A program made the position numbers and the translations under genes. From Basidiobolus meristosporus CBS 931.73 (taxonomy: Eukaryota > Fungi > Basidiobolomycota), in the NCBI GenBank assembly GCA_002104905.1, contig MCFE01000393.1, positions 18,452-82,451 on the forward strand: DNA of 64,000 nucleotides, written 5' to 3'. The notes beneath the pieces are model-generated. The model saw nothing but the letters and a program-made list of their open reading frames with translations, did not search any database and had not been told where the DNA came from. Position 1 is the first letter of the stretch; each line of letters opens with the position of its first letter. Shown piece by piece: positions 1-11,682 of the stretch.

Positions 1-2
1 CT

Positions 3-518
3 ACACAAATAGACACTCCCACGTCCACAGTAACCGTTACTACAGCTAGTCACGGTGACGGACCTGAGATATCTGTTCATACAAAAACAGTTACGTTGAC
101 TAAGCCTTCACACTTAACACAATCCACTTGGGTTCAAGGAGGCGCTGGCGGATCTGTGACCAAAGTCACAAAAACCAAAAGTCTCGGCATTTCCACCTCT
201 TCGAAAGAGACGATAACAGTGACAGTTCATGATACACCTTCCGAACTCAACTATTGTACCCCTACAACAGTTACGGCACCTCCAAAAATTGTAACTGTCA
301 AGGCACCACGTATCACAGTTACGGTGTCTTCTACTGTCACCATTTTCCGTGATAAACCCACAGGTCTACCCTGTGAAGACAATACTTACACATGTGCTAG
401 ACCAGGAATCTCCACCAGATTTGCGCAATGTGTTCATGGAAAGTGGGTTGAATTCGATTGTGCCGAGGGTACTGTGTGTAAAACCTCAGGTAACTCTGTC
501 ATTTGTGACTGGATGTAG
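3..518 (+). CDS. 3' part of a Ser/Thr-rich protein ending in a CBM19-type chitin-binding module (chitinase or cell-wall protein); 5' end lies outside the window
   Basis: Frame is open from base 3 to TAG at 518. A T/S/V-rich linker is followed by CEDNTYTC...FAQCVHGKWVEFDCAEGTVC...ICDW, the CBM19 cysteine pattern. Confidence 0.8.
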   Translation, partial: TQIDTPTSTVTVTTASHGDGPEISVHTKTVTLTKPSHLTQSTWVQGGAGGSVTKVTKTKSLGISTSSKETITVTVHDTPSELNYCTPTTVTAPPKIVTVKAPRITVTVSSTVTIFRDKPTGLPCEDNTYTCARPGISTRFAQCVHGKWVEFDCAEGTVCKTSGNSVICDWM

Positions 519-847
519 GAGCCACGTTAGAATGGGAAAAGGAAATAAAGAAGTTTGACGTTATTATATACCATGATAGTCCACTTTCTTCTCACTTTCG
601 ATTCCCCACTTCAAATAATCTATGATGCCTCGTATGCATGCTAGCAAGAGACGGTGGACTATGTCGTCCTCGTCAAATGTGGGAAAGCATTGCTTCTGAA
701 CTAGATTCGCACTGTCCGAAGTAGTGTATTATGAAGATTTTATTAAAGAGATACAATATACATTCTAGTATGTCGTGTCAAGCAACATGGATATAACTGG
801 TTACGAATCTACACCCATTTACATGAATGCCCGGATATTTACAAACA

Positions 848-2028
848 TTATGCATTTTGGCAGGTGGAACTATTACATTCTCGCATTTCGTTATCAGAAA
901 TCTCACCATGAAGACGATATTCATGAAGACAAGGTGCATCAAAGATTCTCCCCGAGTAGGCTCTACGTAAGGTTCTTGCGGAGACATACAGCCATACCAG
1001 AACCAGGACACAGATGAAAAATGAGCTAGGCCGCGGAAGAATCTCGAGTGTGTTGCAACAGCGATGTTTAGCGTTCCAGCGGTGTAGACCCCTAAGGGAA
1101 ACGTAAGCCCCCACCAACCCATGTTGAAGGGAACATGGGATTTGGATCGGACTGATAGAGATATCACAGCAAAGCACAAATACCACAGGCCATAGCCCCA
1201 GAGGAAAAATGCTATGATGATACATACCGTGAAGGCACTGTCACCAAATCCCGGCGCATATGTGTCGCCAATTATCTTCTGGCAAGCCCGGCCTAGTTCA
1301 ATGATCCCGTATGTACCCTGACCCAAAGGCCCTACAGGCAGAAAGGTAGTGATAATAACATCCTCTCCGGGGACATTATAGGCTACCAGTCTGTAGAAAT
1401 AGATTCCTATCACGGGGAAAGCCAGCGAAAGACCGCATCCCAAAGTGATAGCGGAAATAGTAAGGATCATGATGGCCCTGTGGCCTTCTGCCTCTAAGAA
1501 ACGAGAAAGATAACAACCAGAAGCGCCAGTAACCACAGCTGGAACAAGCGGTAGGAGCCACGACCCATTCATTATATCAATGCTGTGTTCTTGGTATATC
1601 ATCATGCAAAATGGGATGCCAAGGATGCTCAGAATTGTCAAGGAGAACTCGATCCACCAGAGAACATAAGCCAACTCGATGGCCCATGAGTGGGAGGGGA
1701 CCAGAACAAGAACAGTATAATTGGTGATGGTAGTCAACCCCATAGGTATGGTACTGAGCATCAGACTCTGATGATGCCTGAGCATTGCTGGAATCACCTC
1801 AGGGAACATGAACAGCCTAACGATAAACACGATGGAGAAGAGACTGAACATACAAACGTTGGCCAGATAGAATATGGTGCCGATGATCACCATGCCACGA
1901 AATGGGAAGGGGAAATTGGCAATGAGGATTCCAGTAATCCCGGTTCCCATGTTCACGGCAAACCATGATGGAGTGAAATGTCGGATAACCTCGCGTGGGT
2001 GTGGCAATTCGTGAAATGGCGGTTTCAT
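848..2028 (-). CDS. SSU1: TDT/SLAC1-family transporter, Ssu1-like sulfite efflux pump, with an apparent 1-nt frameshift near 1025
   Basis: Motifs HFTPSWFAVNMGTGI, FLPVGPLGQG and FNMGWWGLTFPLGV. The typical last TM helix and RIFDAPCL tail lie in a different frame (ORF 848..1225) directly after RFFRGL. Confidence 0.8.
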
Positions 2029-2435
2029 GGCAACAGGAAAGTGAGGTTGGGTTTCGAGGCTGTTGTGCGCGTTTTATACGCCTCTCCCAATCGACATTGG
2101 GTGTAAAGTTATACCGTTTGGCCCTATTGACCAATCTTGGTTATTCCACGCTGTATCAGATATCCGCATTCAACCAACCGATCCTTCTCCCATATGGCCA
2201 ATGACGTTGAAACCTTGGCCTTCTTACAATTGGTGCGTGATCACTACCCGACAGTTGTGCCATATTTCATTGTATGTAATAATCTATATACCCCGTGTAC
2301 TTAGCCCGCATGGCATTTGACAGTCTGGTTGTTAGTACTGTCATGTGTGGATGTTGGTGGCGAGACTGATCAATGATAAGCTGCATTGCAATTCTTTGGG
2401 CTAATCAGGTCTGCCACTACCAATTTGGTACTTTA

Positions 2436-3540
2436 TTATTGTAGATGGTTTGCCAGTTGCCGCCATCCTCCGATGTTGCGTAGAACATCTAACCACCCTT
2501 TGGCTAGCTCTCCCTGCCCCCATGCCAGTTTGCATAGTAAAGAGTTGGGTGCATTCGTGGCAACGGCATGATGTGGTTCTGATACTGATAAACTCGCATC
2601 TTTGAGCTCGATGCACATAACTGAGCCTAACCTAGTCTGGGGATCTTTGGTGCTATGTTCGTTTTGGTTGCTGGCTTGCTTGGCGTACCTTCCGGTCGCT
2701 CGCTAGGAGCAGGGGATGAGGCCAAAGCGAGGGATGATCTATACATGTTTCCAACTACGGATCATCGAGAGGTTGGTTAGCTCTATACATGGCACTGAGA
2801 AGTATTAAGAACAAACCTGGCTTCTTTGATGGATGCTTCCTGGTCTGAGTTCCTATCTGTAAAGGAAGCCTCGTTGGACTTTGAAAAGCTGACCAAATCG
2901 GTAAATATTAGGAACCTCATTGACACAAATATCTACATGTTGGAATATGTACTTATGCCGGGCTTCTTTTTCCGAGCCTTTCCTGGTGAAACAAGTCGCT
3001 CCTTGGCATATTCCGCCAGGGAACTCTCTTCATCACTACTGGTTGCAGATATCTCTTCGAAATTTTGAGATGGCCTACTTTGCGGACTACGTACTGCGTT
3101 CAGCAATGCTGATACCGCTATATGCCGTGGAGTTTTCTGCTGACCTTTCTTATGTGATGGAGTAACGGTCTTTGGGGTTTTCGTAAAGTCGAGAGTATGA
3201 ATGAGACCAGCATTTTGGCCGTTTTCTTTTCTCTCTGAACTTTTGTAAACAAATTTCGATACTGGCGTGCTGCTTCGGACAGACTGATTTCGACCAGGCA
3301 TTTCATCAGCGAGCTCAATTTGGTCGACTGTTTCGGCGGCACCTTTTCTTTTCTTAACAGGAGGAGCAGCTTCGATATCGTCGAAATAGAAGGTGGGTAT
3401 ATCTAAATGGCGGAGGTAATGGTTCCGGAGAGGGCTGAGGGTGTGCGTGGGATGAACTCTCCGCTTGGCTCTCGTCTCCGCAAGTTTGGCTCCATTGGGA
3501 TACTCGGGCTGTGCTCGTGCACTTCTAACAAACCAAAAAC
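2436..3540 (-). CDS. Hypothetical multi-exon basic, low-complexity protein; boundaries uncertain
   Basis: About 600 nt open frame from ~3540 to 2933 (PPVKKRKG, ARKKKPG basic patches). A probable last exon is 2436..2618 (LLCKLAWGQGELAKGWLDVLRNIGGWRQLANHLQ*). Confidence 0.45.
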
Positions 3541-3884
3541 TGGGCTTATTGACATACCAAGCCTTAGAAAGCTATAAATTAGGTTAGCGAATGGAAATAT
3601 ACAATGCGTTTCTTAGACGTTCACCGTCACTAGGAACCATAATATAACACATCCTGTTAGTTTCAGCTGGATAAACAAGTCCCCTGCAATGGAATTTGCC
3701 GCAGTTACGGAAGATCAAAACGATTTAAAGGACCTCCTAAGCACAATAGGAAGATTTACTCAACATTCTTGATCATTAATTGGTGTTTTATGCATTCTTT
3801 TTTCAGGAACCGTTCCTTCACAAATACGGACAATTTGTGAAGCGCTAAGGCTGTTTATATCTTTATTTCTTGCAAAAGACAAAG

Positions 3885-4870
3885 ATGGCTAGCATTGTCC
3901 CACATCTGGCATCGCCTTCGACATATCGCGACCAACAATACCAGGTACCTTTTGACGATCTCTACCCGGCTGTGGGGCAAGACAGTAATCTGACCATCTT
4001 TTCGCCACTAGGGAACACGCTCCCAGTTGCAAAATGAGCTAGGAAACTCCACCACCATCTATGTAGGAAATCTTTCTTTTTTCACCAGCGAGGAGCAGAT
4101 CTATGAGCTATTCCAAAAGTGTGGCGAAATCAAACGTATTATCATGGGCCTAGATCGTATTCAAAAGACCCCTTGTGGTTTTTGTTTTGTAGAGTAAGTC
4201 CCTACTCCCTTCAAGCCTTTCCATTAACCTGTATACTTACTGTTCTACAAAGATACTACCATCACCAAGACGCAGTAGATTGTATGAAATACGTGAACGG
4301 AACGAAATTAGATGAACGCATAATTCGTACGGACCTTGATCCTGGTTTTAGAGAGGGACGTCAATTTGGACGTGGCCGAAGCGGCGGTCAGGTATGTGAG
4401 GAGCATTTACGCTACTTCGGATTTGTAGGCGTTAAGTGTCGAATATCAAACCAGGTTCGTGACGAATACCGTCAAGAGTACGACCCTGGCAGAGGTGGAT
4501 GGGGTCATATTCGTGCACGTCAAGAAAGAGAAAGAGAAAAGGAGCAAAAAGCCAACTACGAAGCTATTACAACCATCCCACAAGGTGCATCATTGGAATA
4601 CTCTGGAAGAAGATCAAGTAAATGCGTATCCCTTAGCTCACTTAGCATCGAACGTGTACTAAACATTATTCTAACACAGCACCTAGCAATAAGAGAGGAA
4701 GACAAGAGATGGACAGCCCACTGGCCGCGAAAAGATCAAGAGATGAGGCTCAGGTAGGAATATTCTCAGGTCTACTCAACGTCACGATGCTAATGCATGC
4801 TTTATTGTAGAATCCGAGATTTAGAGAGTCTGATGAGAAGTCTGACGAAGAAGACGATATGCAATCTTAA
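3885..4870 (+). CDS. NCBP2: Nuclear cap-binding protein subunit 2 (CBP20/Cbc2), multi-exon
   Basis: Spliced reading [20 protein letters not shown]|GTRSQ...[22 protein letters not shown]...[10 protein letters not shown]|YY...[23 protein letters not shown]|VRDEYR...NPRFRES...TAA 4870. Confidence 0.95.
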
Positions 4871-5130
4871 GCAATCCTTCAATACTGTACTTGATTTTTC
4901 CATCCCAAATATCTCTAGCTGCCGTGGGCGGTGGTTCTCATGGAGTTTGATGTTATTTTTGACAAATATCTTTCGAAATAAAAACTGAATTCATCATTTG
5001 GGATTGGGATTGGGATTTGGGGATTTCTATCGACAGATCATATGCCTAGTCCATGGGGTCACGTGAATCGGTGAAGCTATTTACACGTCAAGTCCTGTCG
5101 CTGAAACGACAGCATAGAACAACGTATAAC

Positions 5131-6481
5131 ATGGAAGAGGATTTAACAAATCTAGAGTGGCGCTTTTCAGAGTGGCTAGTGGTAAGGGAATTACTGTCAA
5201 AGTTGTAATAGCTCTTTCTTTCAATCGATCTTCCGATGCATCCCAACGTTGCTTGAGCTTTTTGGCAAGTCCCTTTTCGGAAATGCACGAATTGATAAGA
5301 GAGAGATGTCGGATCGTTAAGAAGCGCTATTCTAAAACCCCCTCGTTACGTGATATGTAGCAAGCTGGCGGATTGAACCCTCAAAATGTTTTGGAATACT
5401 TCAGTTTATCGCCGTATTGGGATCCTGAGAGCAACAATGCGATCTTGAAGATGCAGACACAATTTAACGAACTCGAACCATTAGATATGAAATTGCGGTA
5501 CATTTCTTCTGGAGCATTCCTTTTGCACTTGAAAGCTACTAAGAAGCCCTTTTTCTCAACCAAATATAGAGAAATGACTGGAATTGAATTTGTCCTGGCT
5601 CACGAGCGCTGGCCCGTATTATTTGTCATTCGAAAGCAAAGACGCCGAAGCCCCGACGAAGGTGAGTGGTCATTTACGTGGTGTATTCACCGAATCACAA
5701 GGAATGACACCACTTCAGCAATCCCTATAGCGACATACTACATTATCAACGGGAACATTTATCAATCACCAGATTTATATTCCGTCATGGCTAATCGTAT
5801 GGTACGGTCAACAATGAGCTCGGTATTGACAGACAAACCTTAAGCCTAAGCCCCAAATCCTAAACCCACCCTAGCTCACAAGCCTTACACATCTGCAAAG
5901 CGCATTTAGAGAAGCGCACAAATTTGCCGAGTTTCATCCATCCCGTGGATACAGTTGGAAAATTGAGACAGAAAAAAGCCAAAACCCTTCAGGGCAACGA
6001 GGTATGGTTGGGTTGAACGGATGGACGTGCACCACCTCAGACTAACATCCTCTCAACGCAGACAATCCTGGCGGCTCGCTGCTAAGGCAACAAGAAGTCA
6101 AGGAATATCGGAGCTGCATAGACAGAGCCATCTACACTGCTGGCATCAAGCTCCCAACTGAACAGACCAATGATGTGTCAAACAGCAAAAAAGCGGGATT
6201 AACGCTAACCTCGATTCAGTCAGTGATGAGCAAAGCGGTAAGTGGCATCATCATATCGGAATACGGCCCAGCGCATTGATCGGCCATATTTTTAATCAAC
6301 TCTAGGCAATGGCCGCGCAAAAAGCGCAGCTAGGTAAGTGCATTTAGTCAGCTAGCATGAGGCCATTCTGACCATCCAACTATTGATAGAATTGGCTGAA
6401 CAGCAGAGCCTCAAGCGTAAGAAAAGGCCAGATCAAGATCTTTCATCGCTCAGAAAGAAGAAAAAAAAGAAGAGCGATTAA
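5131..6481 (+). CDS. MED6: Mediator complex subunit 6, multi-exon
   Basis: MEEDLTNLEWRFSEWLV|QAGGLNPQNVLEYFSLSPYWDPESNNAILKMQTQFN...MTGIEFVL...LFVIRKQRR...IATYYIINGNIYQSPDLYSVMANR; Lys-rich end KKKKKKSD*. Confidence 0.92.
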
Positions 6482-7035
6482 TCTGATCCAACTGATAAAA
6501 ATCCCCATCTTTGGTACTCTACCAAAGCTCAACTATCTGATTCTTCATTAACTCGGGTGGCACAGACTATTGGTTTCATTTATTTGATGATTACCTTATC
6601 AGTAGAAAGATCGATGTTCACTACACAATATTTGACTGATTATATACATTCACTTCCATGCCTGAAAACTATCGAACTTTTCGAAATCGTCCTTTTTGTA
6701 CCAATCAAAAAATTGTCTGAATCTCGTTGGTCATGATAAAGAATGTACTTAATCTGCAAGTTGACTGATCAGATTCCAGTTCCTTCTATAATCTTTCACT
6801 TCATCACTGGTGCTTTGTATCAAATACACTTGTACACTCAATTATACATACTTTCATACTTGGCCAGTTCCATATATCCCAACTGTACGATCGCGAAGAG
6901 GCTAATCTCTAGAATCACTTCGTAGAACGAGTCCATTCGATTTCGATGAAATTTCCCTCCATTCGTTATATTACCGACTACTACTGACGCCCATTTTACT
7001 GTTCGTACATTCCTTGCCATCCCAATAATTAAACA

Positions 7036-9331
7036 ATGGTTATCACCAAAGCAACAAACACGCAGCACGATGAAGAGGCTCACAATACAAAGGAGGGCAG
7101 TAATCCTCCATTTTCCGAAAGATCAACCAGCCCCTCGAAAACCACAAAAACCAAGAAACCAGTCGAGAGTGTTGGGGTCTCTGCTACTGTATGCGCAAAC
7201 TGTGGCACCACCACAACGCCGTTATGGAGAAGAGCTCCCAACGGAGATACCATCTGTAATGCTTGTGGTATGTTGACATTCCGAAACCGATCTCCCCTGG
7301 GCTTTGTTTATTGAAATAACCTTTCTGTCTGCATAGGGTTGTACATGAAAGCTCGTAACGCAGTGCGCCCACACTGGCTCAAACGTAACACACCTAAAAA
7401 GGCATCCTGCTCCTCAGATAGCCCGGGCACTTGCCCTGGAGATGGTCACTGCAATGGAACGGGAGGATCAAAGTCTTGTAGCGGTTGTCCTGCTTTTAAC
7501 CAACATCAGATCAACCGACAATCACTCGTTTGTGCCAATTGCAGCACAACTACGACGCCATTATGGCGCAGAGACGAGTCTGGTGCGACGATTTGTAACG
7601 CATGCGGTACTTTGGTGTTTCCTTTCTTGTTTATATGATAAAGCGCTGACTCCAGACCTTTTCTCATCAGGACTATATTATAAACTGCATGGAAGGCACA
7701 GACCCGTCAGTATGAAGCGTTCTGTGATCAAACGACGCAAACGTATGGCTAACGGGTCAAACAACCCAGACGATAAAGAAAATACTGACGGAGAAGACAG
7801 CGATGATGATAAAAGCGCCAGCGAAAGATCACATCATTCTGAGCCCCCGGGAAGCCCCCCGGGGTCTCCAAAGAAGAAAGGCCCGAAGAAAGATAAGGAT
7901 GCCGCATCTAAACACGCCTCTTCGAGCCATAAGGATCACCACGACCACGATCCCAACAGCTGTAATCACGACCTTTGCCGTCAAAATGTGATGAAGGCCG
8001 GACACGTACCAGCGCTCGAGGACTATGGGAAACCTGTCTCCAAGCAATCAGAACAGAAACGTGTATCAAATAAGATATCTGGGCGAGAAAGTGAGCACAA
8101 ACCAAAGCGCAAGTATCGTCGTACCTCTGATCATCAAAATGGAGAGAATAAGCAGACGGCCGATGAATCATCTAATGGACATTCTGCGCAATGGACTTCT
8201 ATCGAAGCACAAGCTTCCAGCGGTACGGAATTGGAAGCTTCGTCATCTAACTCAAATTCCAACATCAATGCACAAGCTCATTTTCCAACCAATCCTCAAG
8301 AGCAAGCTTCACCCATAACACCGGAGAATGGGGTCCAATCTTTGCAGAAGTCATCATTAGGCCAGAACGAAGTTTCGACCTTACCTTCGAATTCACCCTC
8401 ACTTTATCCACCTATGCGGGATGCTCGTTCGCAATCACCCCATGTTCGAATGACTTCCTCTCCTCATGTATCTGCTTCATCGACTCCACCCCAGCGACCC
8501 AATCGACATGGCAGTCATGACTTTACGCTACCACCAATCTATGAGCAGCGGCCGCATCTTCCACCCATCTCCATGAGCTCGATGCCGACCAGCGTCTCAA
8601 ATCCAATGAGTTATCATACGCAAGGCTACGCTCACCCAACAGTGCAGGCGCCTGCAGTACAACCGACTCAGCAGCCTATTCGATATTCACCTAATCCTCA
8701 ACCAGCCTCAGCTGAATACTACAGCACAGGCCCATCTAGCACCCCGATCCGTCAGCCCACCAGTATTGATCAAGCCCAAGCCCAGGGAGCTAGTGGCTCA
8801 AACATTACCAAGGAGGACTTGGAAGCTCACCGAATGGAGCTGCAAAGAGAAGTCTCACATCTGAGTCTACTGTTGAGCAGGACCACCGCTATACTGGCTG
8901 GACTTGATCAAGCAGTCACTTCCAAGGAGCCGTCACGCCATGACATTCCGCCAAACGCCCCATCTCACCCAGAGGTATCCACCACTGGCCCTCCATATTG
9001 GGATGGCGGGGCTCGTGGATATCAGGTAGGACAGCCGCCTTATCCTGGTTATCAGAATCAATACTACCCCAGTGGAGTTCCAGTGTATCAAAACAATGAT
9101 GAGTTTTCCAAGCTGCGGTACTCCCAGACTCTGATGCAGCCCGTTCCACAACCTCCCTACTACCAAGCTAGCCAGCCACCCCAGCAGCCTCCATACGACC
9201 AGCGCCCACAGCCACCGAATCTCTATGGAAATCCACAGTTGCCCCCTTTGTATCCAACACACTCGCACCCACACCCACACCCACCACCCTCATCCTCTAC
9301 AGACCAACCGTCCCAGACAATCCGATATTAG
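7036..9331 (+). CDS. sreA: SreA/Fep1/Urbs1-type iron-responsive GATA repressor
   Basis: Two [14 protein letters not shown]...CNACG zinc fingers flank the Cys-rich [20 protein letters not shown] motif. C-terminal coiled coil [22 protein letters not shown]. Two GT-AG introns. Confidence 0.93.
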
Positions 9332-9696
9332 ACCCGTAGCACACTAGCTTTATTCACTTTTTTTGTTTACAAGTCAGCATCATTACTTTTTTTGGCCATC
9401 TTCTTGTTCATATTTCCCTTCATTCCAATAGCTCCTTGCGAACCATTTCTACTAATTCCTTCCCTCAACGAGAACTCTTCTGTGAAACCGATGCGTCAAA
9501 GCTTGTATTTAAAGTTTGCCCGCTTGCCATATATAAATGAAGATTATCTTATTGAATTTGGAAACATCTTAGCCATGATTCCCAAACGGTGTGGGTTTCC
9601 TGGGACGAGCCAATCGAGGGCGACCTATGGATTCGCCTCGATTATTTAACCTCTGAGCCCCAGACGCCCTTCGCATCTCCCTCACTCTTTGTCGAA

Positions 9697-11388
9697 ATGC
9701 AACTCGGTTCTTTCCGACCGGTTCAAGTCTATTCGAAAGCCAAGCAATGGGTGCCACTACTCAGCTGGCTGCCGAAGTACAAGTGGAAGAAGGATTTCAG
9801 CTACGACCTGGTGGCGGGTTTAAGTAAGTTCCCCCGGTCCGCCGAACCGGCGTGCCCCTTGTTACAGCGGTACTGATCCGTTGCTCCTGTACAGCCTATT
9901 CGACGGTGGTGATCCCGCAAAGCATGGCGTACGCCATGTTAGCAAGTGAGTGCTTGGGTAACTTCCTGCTGACCTCCCATCCTTTACTAAGCCACCTTCT
10001 TTTCGGAAGAGTTACCGCCGGTATATGGCCTCTACACCTCCATAGTCCCCATACTGCTCTACTCCGTGTTTGGAACAAGTAGGCATCTGGTCGCCGGGAC
10101 GTTTGCGCTGACAAGTCTGATGCTGGGTGAGGCGGTGTTGAGCATACTACACACCAAGGGCCCCCTGACCCCGGAGGAATACGAGGCCGAGTTTCTGGCG
10201 ACCACCATGCGGGTCACCTTTGTCGTGGGTCTGATTCAGGTCTTGTTCAGTTTCTTGCGGGTCGGGCAGTACATCACGAAGTACCTGCTCCCGGACCCCC
10301 TCATATCCGGGTTCACCAACGCCGCCGCCATATTCATTGCAACCTCCCAGTTCCAAAATCTATTCGGGATCCGGGTGCCTGAGTACTCGGGAGTGTTCGG
10401 GCTGGTGAAGACGTGGGGCTACGTGGTGACACGTTTACACGAGACCCACCTGGCCACTTTCTCGTTGGGCTTCATGTCCATCATGACCATAGTGGCGATC
10501 AAACGTTCGGAGTCCCGTTTCCAGAAATGGTTGGCTCGAACCGAGAAGAAAGGGGGCGAAGGGCTGCCATTGATCGTCGAGGATGAGAGCGAGTGTGAGT
10601 GTGAGAGCGAGAGCGAGGAGGAGCACCGTAATCCCACACCGGTGTCAAACCATCAGAAGATCTCGACCAAAGCGAATGTGAGCACCAAAGTGCGATGCCC
10701 CCTTCCCGACATACTCCTAGTCATCCTCCTCTACACCATCATCACCTGGCTCTTCCGACTGAACGACAGATTGGACATCTCCATCATAGGACACATCCCC
10801 TCCGGGCTACCGACCCCCGCGAATTCCGCCGGATTCCTGGGCGTCCGGGACTTCTTCCTCCACGTGAAGGAGGGCTTCCTCTTGGCGATCGTCGCCTACG
10901 TGATGACCATCTCGATTGCGAAGAACTTCGCGAAGAAGGGGGGCTACCAGATCGACGGGAACCAGGAGATGTTCGCCTTGGGCCTATCCACCGCGGTGTC
11001 GAGCTTCTTCTCCGGGTACGCCAGCTGTGGTTCTCTGACCAGAACCTCGGTGATCTACACCACCGGGGGTAGATCCCAGATCGCGGCCTTCATCGGCACG
11101 CTGGTGGTGGTGATGACCGTGTTCTCCCTCACCTCGCTCTTTTACTACCTACCGAAGGCGGTGCTGGCCGGGGTGATCCTGATGGCGTGCAAAAGTCTGT
11201 TCCTGCACATGGACGAGGTGACCGGCTACTGGAAGCACCAGCGGTTCCACTTCTTCATCTGGCTAGCCACCTTCGTGGCCTCGGTCACCGTCAAAGCGGA
11301 GTTTGGCATCGCCGTGGGGATGGTCATTTCCGTTGTAGGGATAGTGCTGGAAAAGCTGTACCCGTGTCGGTCCCACCAGATCCCGTAA
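9697..11388 (+). CDS. SulP/SLC26 sulfate-anion transporter, no STAS domain; start codon uncertain
   Basis: PLLSWLPKYKW...DLVAGL|...VIPQSMAYAMLA|KLPPVYGLYTS...FGTSRHL, ISGFTNAAAI, NQEMFALG, GSLTRT, LPKAVLA. Stop follows soon after the last TM helix. Confidence 0.9.
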
Positions 11389-11682
11389 ACTCCAAGCCCA
11401 CTCTACCCTACCCCACCCCACTGCATCCCATGTCCTTCCGTTCCAGCCATCCACCCAATGAACCATCCTTCAATAAACATAGAACACGAACATATCCTTC
11501 TTTACCCCCTTTACTGCATACCCTCTCTTTCTTTCTCTCTCTCTCTCCCAGAAGGGAAATCTCTTTATAAACAGATAAAATACAAAATTCACCCCCGGGT
11601 CGAGTGAAATTGAATGAATAAAATGAAAGAAGGGGGGTTCTCGAGGGAATGGTGCCCGTGCTGCTTGGGTATAAACATGAGA

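Noticed and set aside
6481-7035. GATAA sites upstream of sreA and noxB as SreA operators
   Set aside because: Only isolated GATAA hexamers, as expected by chance in AT-rich intergenic DNA. No clear ATCWGATAA pair.
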